From: an uncultured virus (IMG/VR IMGVR_UViG_3300025009_000076)
Taxonomy: Duplodnaviria > Heunggongvirae > Uroviricota > Caudoviricetes
Virus record (IMG/VR): IMGVR_UViG_3300025009_000076
Coordinates: 58,298-78,297 of that record
DNA length: 20,000 bases
Reading direction: 5' to 3' (one strand)
Translations under genes and position numbers: made by a program
Notes under the pieces: model-generated
What the model was told of the DNA's origin: nothing
What the model saw: only the letters and a program-made list of their open reading frames with translations
The model's database searches: none
Part shown: positions 7,484-14,749 of the stretch, in pieces
How the letters are laid out: each line of letters starts with the position of its first letter
Numbering within the stretch: position 1 is the stretch's first letter

Positions 7484-7846
7484 AACCTTGATCACATATA
7501 ATAATAGTAGTGGTTAAGGTTGGGTAGTTTTAAGGCATGAAAATCCATTGCCACGACTACATGGTCAGAACATTTATAACAGAACTCAATATTATTTACA
7601 TGAGATTTTCAAACGACCGAATAACGGACATTAGAGCGTTACGCAATTATGCGAAATGAGATTAAGTATTCCCCGTATTTGGTGAAAAACGTTGCTATAA
7701 CCTAACTGTACGTTATTCGTATAGTTAGAGTCCTAAGTAACAGTCTGTGACTTTAAAGACGCAGGGAGCGACTTTTAACGCTACCCAATATTGGGGAACG
7801 TCTTTAATAATTTAATAAATGCTTCGTATGTATTACAGATGAAGTA
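7484..7846 (+). ncRNA. candidate large structured ncRNA (about 360 nt), class not recognised
   Basis: Longest gene-free gap, GC-richer than its surroundings, with at least 7 consecutive helices and a long-range pairing TTCCCCGTATTTGG (7669-82)/CCAATATTGGGGAA (7785-98). Confidence 0.6.
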
Positions 7847-7873
7847 AAATAAAATCAAAGGATGTGAATAACA

Positions 7874-8014
7874 ATGACAAAAGAACAAATCAAACATTCT
7901 TGTTGGAATTGCTTGCTCCTTAACCTAGATAAAGCAGAATACAAATCCTGTATCAAAGGCCACAAACTAAAATTAATCTTCAATGTAAACGAATGCTCAG
8001 ATTGGGATGGTTAA
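7874..8014 (+). CDS. small Cys-containing protein, 46 aa (below the ORF-track cutoff)
   Basis: SD AAAGGATGTG; MTKEQIKHSCWNCLLLNLDKAEYKSCIKGHKLKLIFNVNECSDWDG (CxxC...C...C). Confidence 0.7.
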   Translation: MTKEQIKHSCWNCLLLNLDKAEYKSCIKGHKLKLIFNVNECSDWDG

Positions 8015-8054
8015 TATCGATACCCAAAATATGGTATAACAGTCGCACCATCCT
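8004..8054 (+). ncRNA. AUAACAG-bulge hairpin J, possibly also a terminator
   Basis: GGGATGGT (8004-11)/ACCATCCT (8047-54), with inner CGA/TCG and TACC/GGTA; ATAACAG (8036-42) bulged on the 3' side; T-rich downstream. Confidence 0.55.
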
Positions 8055-8091
8055 TTATCTAACTTTATTTTTATATTTATACTAAACTCTA

Positions 8092-8120
8092 TTGTAATCT
8101 TGTTCCAATATTGATATACT
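8092..8120 (+). promoter_or_regulatory. sigmaA-type promoter (extended -10)
   Basis: TTGTAA (8092-97), 17 bp, TATACT (8115-20) preceded by TGn. Confidence 0.7.
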
Positions 8121-8160
8121 AGTATTAATAAAGAAATAAAAATAAAAAGGAAGTGATAAA

Positions 8161-8364
8161 ATGGAAGTTGAAGAGAGAATTAAAAACAGTATCAACATTG
8201 AGTTCAGAGATTTTAATGGAAACAAACATCTTTATTACAATGAAGAAACGCCGTCTGAACAAATTAACTTTATTGGTTTTAGTATTGGAAACTTCATAAA
8301 ATCATTAGGTTGGCCTAATGACACTGTAAAAGAAATATTGAAAAGTATTGATGAAAATAGTTAA
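8161..8364 (+). CDS. hypothetical protein, 67 aa (monocistronic unit)
   Basis: SD AAAGGAAGTGA; flanked by its own promoter and terminator. Confidence 0.8.
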   Translation: MEVEERIKNSINIEFRDFNGNKHLYYNEETPSEQINFIGFSIGNFIKSLGWPNDTVKEILKSIDENS

Positions 8365-8378
8365 GGGATTGGATTTTT

Positions 8379-8403
8379 AGGGGAAGCAATTCCCTTTCTT
8401 CTT
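8379..8403 (+). terminator. Rho-independent terminator
   Basis: AGGGGAA-GCAA-TTCCCTT hairpin with a GNRA loop, followed by TCTTCTT. Confidence 0.7.
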
Positions 8404-8466
8404 AAAAATTTGTATATTGCATAAATTAGATCATAAATAAATTTTAAATAAAAGGAGAAAATACAT

Positions 8467-8712
8467 ATGAAAATCGGAACAAACGTCACAATCAAATTAA
8501 ATCTAATTCCTAATCAAATCTACGGAGGAGCAATATTTGTGCCTGAAATGGAAGAATTTTGTGGTAGAAGTGCAGTTATCACAGAGATATTATTTCCTGT
8601 TGTAAATGAAGGTGAAAGTAAATTTAGTTATGGATTAGGTATTGATATGAACAAGGAATTTGAATTTACTGATGAGATGTTGGATGTTGTGGAATTGGGT
8701 AAAGTAGCATAG
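8467..8712 (+). CDS. hypothetical protein, 81 aa, SH3-like
   Basis: SD AAAGGAG; MKIGTNVTIK...EMEEFCGRSAVITEI...FTDEML pattern. Confidence 0.85.
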   Translation: MKIGTNVTIKLNLIPNQIYGGAIFVPEMEEFCGRSAVITEILFPVVNEGESKFSYGLGIDMNKEFEFTDEMLDVVELGKVA

Positions 8713-8741
8713 AGATTAGTTATTTGAAGGAGGAATATATA

Positions 8742-8927
8742 ATGAAAAAAGTTGATCCAATGACAGCTTTAAATGCAATATTCTTTGAAAACAAAAGAGT
8801 ATACGTAGAACACAATGTAAACTGTCTTAATTACTCAAGAGAATTTAAATTAGGTAAAAATATTGGAATAATGTCTGAGATACCAGTAACGGTTTTAATT
8901 CATGGTAATTGGTTTATTGTAGGATAA
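8742..8927 (+). CDS. hypothetical protein, 61 aa
   Basis: Start moved to ATG 8742 after AAGGAGG. Confidence 0.8.
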   Translation: MKKVDPMTALNAIFFENKRVYVEHNVNCLNYSREFKLGKNIGIMSEIPVTVLIHGNWFIVG

Positions 8928-8979
8928 TTTAAAAGGCAGATTTCCTAGTATTGTAAGAAAGAAAGAAAGGATGATTAAA

Positions 8980-9204
8980 ATGGAAAATTACACTCCTGAA
9001 AAACACGGAATAGTAACAGCAATTAGACTTTTCTATGAAAATGACAGACAACCAATGGCAGAATTAGCTTTTTGTTTTGGTGGTACGGATATTATCGAAT
9101 GGACAAATGTTAGTCAAAGAGAAAAATATAGTAAAGGAATTAACGGTTATACTTTTTTCTTTGATGAAAGACAGCAGAATAGTTTTGAAAGTTTTAAAAA
9201 ATAA
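8980..9204 (+). CDS. hypothetical protein, 74 aa
   Basis: Start moved to ATG 8980 after GAAAGGATGA. Confidence 0.8.
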   Translation: MENYTPEKHGIVTAIRLFYENDRQPMAELAFCFGGTDIIEWTNVSQREKYSKGINGYTFFFDERQQNSFESFKK

Positions 9205-9230
9205 TTAAAATTTGAAAGGATGGATTAAAA

Positions 9231-9533
9231 ATGAAAATTTATAAATTATATAGAATTGATGGATTTTCAGGTGATTCATATTATTGTATTCCTAATGAAA
9301 TAACATTAGGTTATTATGTTTCAAGAGAAAAAGCAGAAGCACATCCAGAATATCAACTATGGCTTAAAAAAGAGCAAGAGCAAAATAAGCTATATGAGAA
9401 GATTAAAGGACTATCAGATGAACAAATTGAAAATACATTATCGTCTGAAGAATTAGATATACTCAACGAAAATGACAGTTATCATAGTGAACCAAATTAT
9501 GTTGGAATAATAGAGATTGATGTTATAGATTAG
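9231..9533 (+). CDS. hypothetical protein, 100 aa
   Basis: ORF with SD GAAAGGA. Confidence 0.85.
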   Translation: MKIYKLYRIDGFSGDSYYCIPNEITLGYYVSREKAEAHPEYQLWLKKEQEQNKLYEKIKGLSDEQIENTLSSEELDILNENDSYHSEPNYVGIIEIDVID

Positions 9534-9592
9534 AATTACTTTAAAATATAACTTTTATCTGAAATTATTATAAACAAGAAAGGATGATTAAA

Positions 9593-10000
9593 ATGTCAGT
9601 ATTAATTTGTAGTACAATTTATGGTGGTTGTGGGTATGTTGGCAGTAATAGAGATTTTTCAAGTAGTGATGATGGAGATTTTGTATTTTGCCCTGCTTGT
9701 GGCGAAGACCATGCTTTTCAAATTCTCAAACAAAATATTAATGGATTGACAAATGAAAATAATTATGAAAAAGCAAAAGAATTAATGATAGGTTATTATA
9801 AAGAAACTCCAAGAAAAATATTTAATACTGCTCTAGAAGTTTCGGTTGCCGGATACAACGAAATACTTTATGAAAATGAGTTTTATCAAATAGTTGGTGG
9901 AAGAGATACTACTTTATTTGTAAGAGGAGAAGGTAGTAGAAGTGAACCAAGTGAAATTGATGTTAGTAAAGTAGAACAGTTTATAAGTTCAATACGTTAA
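9593..10000 (+). CDS. Zn-ribbon-containing hypothetical protein, 135 aa
   Basis: CSTIYGGCG...CPACG; start moved to ATG 9593 after GAAAGGATGA. Confidence 0.8.
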   Translation: MSVLICSTIYGGCGYVGSNRDFSSSDDGDFVFCPACGEDHAFQILKQNINGLTNENNYEKAKELMIGYYKETPRKIFNTALEVSVAGYNEILYENEFYQIVGGRDTTLFVRGEGSRSEPSEIDVSKVEQFISSIR

Positions 10001-10017
10001 AAGAAGGAAGATTAAAT

Positions 10018-10194
10018 ATGAAAAACATTGATGAACTAAGTGAAGAATATCGCAGAGCATGTAAACAAGAAATGATGAATGATTTAGTCAAAGAGTTTAA
10101 TCTACTATTAGTTAATGAAAATGTTTCTGGAGAAAAGATAAGTTTGACTTTTCAAATGTTAATGAATACTATTAAAATTTCTCAAATGAGTTAA
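10018..10194 (+). CDS. small hypothetical protein, 58 aa (below the ORF-track cutoff)
   Basis: SD AAGAAGGA; MKNIDELSEEYRRACKQEMMNDLVKEF...ISQMS. Confidence 0.75.
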   Translation: MKNIDELSEEYRRACKQEMMNDLVKEFNLLLVNENVSGEKISLTFQMLMNTIKISQMS

Positions 10195-10230
10195 ATTATA
10201 ATTTTAAAAAAGAAAGGATTGATAATCTAA

Positions 10231-10488
10231 ATGTATAAAGAAAATGATAAAGTTATGGTCACATGTAAAGAGATTAGTAGTAAAGATGAGTTGGCCTATA
10301 TTGCTTCAAGAACTCCCTTTGGTGCATATGAAGTGACATTACTAATGGATCATAAGCCTAGTAGTGGATTTGATCCTGTTAGAGTTTTTAGCATAGAACA
10401 AATGCGCTTTGCTACTAAGCAGGAAGTTACTGATAATGTAAGAGAGTGGGAAGTGAGACATAATTATAAGTTAGGAGGAATGATTTAA
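10231..10488 (+). CDS. hypothetical protein, 85 aa, SH3-like
   Basis: ORF with SD GAAAGGA. Confidence 0.8.
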   Translation: MYKENDKVMVTCKEISSKDELAYIASRTPFGAYEVTLLMDHKPSSGFDPVRVFSIEQMRFATKQEVTDNVREWEVRHNYKLGGMI

Positions 10489-10489
10489 G

Positions 10490-10711
10490 ATGTCAAAATG
10501 TAAATACTGTGTGATTTTACCATTAAGAATAGGTAAAGCAAAAGAAGTTCTAGGGGATAGGGTTTTTCATTGTATTGTCAATAATGACAAAGTAGAAATT
10601 TTAGATGATAATTCAGAAAGAAAAATTCATGAGATGGAATTAAATGAAGTTAAGTTTGTGGATTATACTGATGTCTACTATAAAGATGATGTAACTATGT
10701 GGTTAAGATAG
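10490..10711 (+). CDS. hypothetical protein, 73 aa
   Basis: SD AGGAGG inside the upstream gene's end; translationally coupled. Confidence 0.8.
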   Translation: MSKCKYCVILPLRIGKAKEVLGDRVFHCIVNNDKVEILDDNSERKIHEMELNEVKFVDYTDVYYKDDVTMWLR

Positions 10712-10763
10712 GCATTAAAATCACTCTTTGGTCGGATTACAAATTAAGAAAGAAGGAATAAAA

Positions 10764-11090
10764 ATGAACAACAAAAATTTTAAATATCTATATATCATAT
10801 CTTCTTATGCTGGTGATAGAGGAAACGTTGAGCAAGGTATATATAAAATGAATTTAAATACTGAAGAGATGAGAAAAGCATGTGATGAAGATTTTCAAAA
10901 AAATTATCCTGAAGTAATAGTTGGTATGCATTTGTGTTCATCGATAGTTATTGAAATAAAAGATATCGGAATTGATGCGTTCATTAAAAATGGAGATGAA
11001 TGCTGTAACAAATACCAACAAGAGCAAAAGGATATTGAAAAACGTGAATTAGCCGAACTTGAAAGATTACAAAAGAAATACAACCAATAA
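10764..11090 (+). CDS. hypothetical protein, 108 aa
   Basis: Start moved to ATG 10764 after AAGAAGGA; helical C-terminus ELAELERLQKKY. Confidence 0.85.
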   Translation: MNNKNFKYLYIISSYAGDRGNVEQGIYKMNLNTEEMRKACDEDFQKNYPEVIVGMHLCSSIVIEIKDIGIDAFIKNGDECCNKYQQEQKDIEKRELAELERLQKKYNQ

Positions 11091-11100
11091 TAGAGAACTA

Positions 11101-11159
11101 TATTTCCCCACTAAATCCATAAAAATAAATGGATATTTGTGAGGGAAATATTTATTTTT
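11101..11159 (+). terminator. Rho-independent terminator
   Basis: TATTTCCC/GGGAAATA and ATCCAT/ATGGAT stems, followed by TTTATTTTT. Confidence 0.7.
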
Positions 11160-11162
11160 ATA

Positions 11163-11191
11163 TTGTATTACATACAGCACTATGATATAAT
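11163..11191 (+). promoter_or_regulatory. strong sigmaA-type promoter (extended -10)
   Basis: TTGTAT (11163-68), 17 bp, TATAAT (11186-91) preceded by TGn. Confidence 0.75.
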
Positions 11192-11223
11192 TATATCAAT
11201 CAATACAAAAGGAGTTGTTACAT

Positions 11224-11409
11224 ATGAGTGAAAATCCATATCAAGCAAATGGTTATGAAAGCCGTAAACATTATTTGCAATGTATGTCTGAAGACTACGC
11301 AGTACCTTTAGAAATTGTTTATTCCCTTGCAGATATGCTTGGGCCTAGCGAAGATTTTGATGGCTTGGTCAATGCTTTAGAAGATGCTGAAGGAGAATTT
11401 GAAGAGTAG
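11224..11409 (+). CDS. small, highly acidic protein, 61 aa
   Basis: Start ATG 11224 after AAAGGAG; 15 D/E versus 2 K/R. Confidence 0.85.
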   Translation: MSENPYQANGYESRKHYLQCMSEDYAVPLEIVYSLADMLGPSEDFDGLVNALEDAEGEFEE

Positions 11410-11422
11410 GTAAGCTAAAACA

Positions 11423-11447
11423 TAAGGGAGTTTAACAAACTCCCTTA
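11423..11447 (+). terminator. perfect 11-bp hairpin (terminator or stabiliser)
   Basis: TAAGGGAGTTT-AAC-AAACTCCCTTA; only a weak U-tract follows. Confidence 0.55.
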
Positions 11448-11479
11448 ATATTAAAATAAATTTAAAGGAGTCGATCTAA

Positions 11480-12829
11480 ATGTCAAACTTTAATTTCAAA
11501 AATCTATTCTCTGAAACAGTAATACATAACGATGAATATGTCTCAAACAAACATTTTTTAATCAAAAAATCTCTTCTAAAGAAATCTCAACTTGAATTCA
11601 TAAACCAATTTCCTCTCGACACTCAATTAATTAATTCCTTATCTCAGACTCTTAAAAATGAATCCAGAAAACCAATAATTACTGAATTTATCCCTCAATC
11701 AATCCTAGAAGATACCGAATATAACATACTCATAATGGAGTTAGACAGAGGATATAAGCCTTATAATGAGTCTACATCTAAAATATATCCTGCAATCAAA
11801 GAAGAATATTATAACTTCATTCAATCTCTCAATTGTAAAATATGCATTGTTAACAATTATCAAGTAAATACTTTAGCAATTTATAATAATCAAAATGAAT
11901 TTGTTGGAATATTATTACCAATCAAAGTAAAAGATTCAAACATTACAAATGCTCAGAATTACAATGATTATCTCAACAATCTAAAATCAGAACAAGAATC
12001 TAAGAAATTATCAAAATTAAACTCCAAGAAATGTTTATATATCAAAGATAATAAGGCAGTAGTTAGAAATAAAGAATTAACCTGCATTGCTGATATTATC
12101 AATGATGAGGCATATAAAAACCTTTACATTGAGAAAACTACTAAACAAGATGCAGGAGTTTATATTGATCTTGGAATTGTTCATGTTTATATCAGATCAA
12201 TTACAGGAGATGCTTCTCATGAAGATATTAAATATTATTTAAACAATGTCACCAATTATAATTTAGAAATGGCATTGTCAAATATTAATGAACGTAAAAA
12301 CAACAATCAATTCATCAATGTTGCAGATATTAAACTCATTGAACTATCTGGAGCCATTAAACAAGAAGTGCAAGGACTAATTGATTATCGCCAAGAGTGG
12401 TGTGACAGAAAAACTAAAGAAGAACAAGAAAAGAAATCTAAGCAAGAACAGGAGGATAGGGAGTATACTAATTCTAAAAACAAGATTGTTAATGAATTAG
12501 TATCTCAAGCAGAACAAACAATCATTAATAATCAGAAAGTTAATAACAAAGAGATCACTGTTTATAAGTCAAGATATGAGAGTAATGATACCAGTTTAAT
12601 TCTTCATATGATGAAATTATATGATATCAAAGTGCCATTAAAAACTCAGGGATGGATTAATAAAGTGTTAGCAAGTATATTTTATGATGTAGAAGAGGGC
12701 AATGTTAGTTATTCATATTATAAATCTTCTGCTAATAGCAATGTGTTTAGGAAATATTTGAATGAGTTTGTTGGTAAGATTCAGGATAAGTATGATTATA
12801 AATCAAGAAAGAAGGAATCGTTATGTTAA
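11480..12829 (+). CDS. hypothetical protein, 449 aa
   Basis: Long ORF with SD AAAGGAG; no family recognised. Confidence 0.9.
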   Translation: MSNFNFKNLFSETVIHNDEYVSNKHFLIKKSLLKKSQLEFINQFPLDTQLINSLSQTLKNESRKPIITEFIPQSILEDTEYNILIMELDRGYKPYNESTSKIYPAIKEEYYNFIQSLNCKICIVNNYQVNTLAIYNNQNEFVGILLPIKVKDSNITNAQNYNDYLNNLKSEQESKKLSKLNSKKCLYIKDNKAVVRNKELTCIADIINDEAYKNLYIEKTTKQDAGVYIDLGIVHVYIRSITGDASHEDIKYYLNNVTNYNLEMALSNINERKNNNQFINVADIKLIELSGAIKQEVQGLIDYRQEWCDRKTKEEQEKKSKQEQEDREYTNSKNKIVNELVSQAEQTIINNQKVNNKEITVYKSRYESNDTSLILHMMKLYDIKVPLKTQGWINKVLASIFYDVEEGNVSYSYYKSSANSNVFRKYLNEFVGKIQDKYDYKSRKKESLC

Positions 12830-13020
12830 ATTTACAAGAGGTTCTTATTCATCTAGTTAAAAATTCAATTACTTATAAGGACATAACAAATGAAATTGAA
12901 GTCAGAGAATTTTCAAAAGGTATGAAAAAGGTTGATGCCAGATTATCAAAATATACTAAATCTGAACTCCATGAAATTGCATACGCTACAAATACACATG
13001 CGTTTAATATGCGTTATTGA
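12823..13020 (+). CDS. hypothetical protein, 65 aa
   Basis: SD AAGAAGGA; overlaps the upstream stop. Confidence 0.8.
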   Translation: MLNLQEVLIHLVKNSITYKDITNEIEVREFSKGMKKVDARLSKYTKSELHEIAYATNTHAFNMRY

Positions 13021-13088
13021 TCCTAAGAAGATTTAAGCCACTTCTGACAGGTCATCATAAGCAAATTAAAATTTAGGAGGAATAAAAA

Positions 13089-13259
13089 ATGAATAGAGAA
13101 CAAGAAATACTTGAACAATTAACAAAGTTGACAGATGAATTTAATATGTTGTCATGTGGAGTTAACAGTGGGAAAGGTTGTGACAATTGCCAGAAGAAAA
13201 AAATATGTGATGCTATTACAGAATTAGGTGATGCTATTATGGATTTTAAATATAAATAA
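13089..13259 (+). CDS. small Cys-rich protein, 56 aa (below the ORF-track cutoff)
   Basis: SD AGGAGG; MNREQEILEQL...SCGVNSGKGCDNCQKKKIC...FKYK. Confidence 0.75.
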   Translation: MNREQEILEQLTKLTDEFNMLSCGVNSGKGCDNCQKKKICDAITELGDAIMDFKYK

Positions 13260-13290
13260 GACTGGTATTTAATTGAGAAAGGAGTTATAC

Positions 13291-13380
13291 ATGACAAAGA
13301 AAGAAAATAGTGATTGCTTAATTATAGCTATTGGTGCGGTATCTTTATTTTTTATTATTGGAATATTAATATACTATTAA
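13291..13380 (+). CDS. 29-aa single-pass membrane peptide (below the ORF-track cutoff)
   Basis: SD GAAAGGAG; MTKKENSDCLIIAIGAVSLFFIIGILIYY. Confidence 0.65.
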   Translation: MTKKENSDCLIIAIGAVSLFFIIGILIYY

Positions 13381-13438
13381 ATCTTTAAAACTAGTGTTTT
13401 AAATGCTTAAAATTTAAGAATGAAAGAAGGAAAATAAA

Positions 13439-14446
13439 ATGTTAGAAATTCAAAGATTTGAATCAAGTATATCCTCAAAATTCGGAGATCGTGTCCACCT
13501 AAATTTAAATGATTATGCTGAACCAAATAGCATCAAATGCAAAATGGCAAACATTGGAGAAGAAATTATTCCAGATATGTTCGCTTATGATGGAAGTCCT
13601 TATTTTCCTTATGAAACTTTTATGAAGTATTCTAATGGAAATCACTATGCTAGGGTCTATGTTGAGGTAGAATATAAATCTAAAGAACTTGATTTAGATT
13701 CTACTATTTTTAATACTGCAAATGGCATAAACAGTTATATCACAAATTTAGAAACTTTACATCGTATTATGGATATCAGGTATATAGCAAAAAACAAGAA
13801 AAATATAAAATTAAATGAATTTGTTTGGAGAGGAACTTTAAAATTTGATCAATTTGGTCAGACAATGTTTATATATGATCAAGAATTTTCTAAAGATACT
13901 CCTGATTGGGTTAAGAATGGAACGGTAGATCCAGAAACTTTTGGTTGTTATTGCGAAAGACGGTCAGGAACTTTTAAGAATATACCGGATCAAGATGATA
14001 TTTGTCCTGAGTGTGGAAACAAATGGACTATAGGCAATATTGTTGATTATGTAACTATTGAACAAAAAGATTATAAACAAATACCATACCATAAATATTG
14101 CTTAAAAATTCACAACAATAAGAAACAATTGAAAGAGTTTCAAGATGTCTTTAAAGATGCATATAACTTAAATGAATTAAAATTCAATGCAATACCAAAT
14201 GAATATTGTTCATGTGATAAATGTGCATCTTGGTTTATTGTATCAACTCCAGACGGTGACATAAAAATTGGTTGGAGAAAAAGAGTTATTAATATTGAAT
14301 GGATGGATAGTTATAAAAAGTTTAAGGAGACTTTTAACTCTGAAGAGACTACTACATTTATTGGATATGTTCAAAGAGGTATTCACGCATGGGGTGTAGA
14401 AAAGGCAAAGGAATATTTAAAAAGAGCAAAAGAATCTATAGTTTAA
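13439..14446 (+). CDS. hypothetical protein, 335 aa, with Zn-binding motifs
   Basis: SD AAGAAGGA; CPECG, HKYC and CSCDKC motifs; IKIGWRKRVINIEW. Confidence 0.9.
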   Translation: MLEIQRFESSISSKFGDRVHLNLNDYAEPNSIKCKMANIGEEIIPDMFAYDGSPYFPYETFMKYSNGNHYARVYVEVEYKSKELDLDSTIFNTANGINSYITNLETLHRIMDIRYIAKNKKNIKLNEFVWRGTLKFDQFGQTMFIYDQEFSKDTPDWVKNGTVDPETFGCYCERRSGTFKNIPDQDDICPECGNKWTIGNIVDYVTIEQKDYKQIPYHKYCLKIHNNKKQLKEFQDVFKDAYNLNELKFNAIPNEYCSCDKCASWFIVSTPDGDIKIGWRKRVINIEWMDSYKKFKETFNSEETTTFIGYVQRGIHAWGVEKAKEYLKRAKESIV

Positions 14447-14473
14447 ATAAAATTTGAAAGGATTGATTAAATA

Positions 14474-14749
14474 ATGAAAATTCAAGACTTCATTAACAGA
14501 GGAATAAGGGTTATAAATGATATGAATGAACTTAGAATCCCAAGCAGAGCCTCAATTCCATTTTCTAATGGATGGGTAGCAAGTATTGTAACAACAGATA
14601 ATGGTTATTCGGTAGCAGTATGTGATTATAATGGTTATTTCAATTGGGGTATTTTAAACAGTTATGGAGCAGAGCGAGGAAAATTTCAATGCAAAACAGA
14701 AGATGAAGTTTGTAATGCGTTAGCAATTATAGAATCTTTACCAAATTAA
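14474..14749 (+). CDS. hypothetical protein, 91 aa
   Basis: ORF with SD GAAAGGA. Confidence 0.85.
   Translation: MKIQDFINRGIRVINDMNELRIPSRASIPFSNGWVASIVTTDNGYSVAVCDYNGYFNWGILNSYGAERGKFQCKTEDEVCNALAIIESLPN

Noticed and set aside
7724..7785. Twister ribozyme (GTCCTAAGT at 7730-7738 resembles the L4 loop)
   Set aside because: No P1 and no correctly placed GAGGG/AGG partner for pseudoknot T1.
6420..7860. Group I intron carrying the HNH gene
   Set aside because: ACGACTA at 7553 looks P7-like, but I found no properly placed J8/7-P7' (AAGAUAUAGUC-like) partner, and the flanking ORFs are complete rather than split exons.
1016..8054. Hairpins as Frpo/ssi-type single-stranded-DNA promoters of a conjugative leading region
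   Set aside because: Those would have to fold on the template (-) strand, where the many + strand G-T pairs become A-C mismatches; no transfer genes are visible. Not completely excluded.
827..13297. Minus-strand ORFs in the track (827-1027, 1219-1428, 1938-2189, 4545-4817, 7135-7344, 13073-13297)
   Set aside because: All are antisense shadows of + strand genes that have good SD sites; no convincing SD was seen for them and their composition is atypical.
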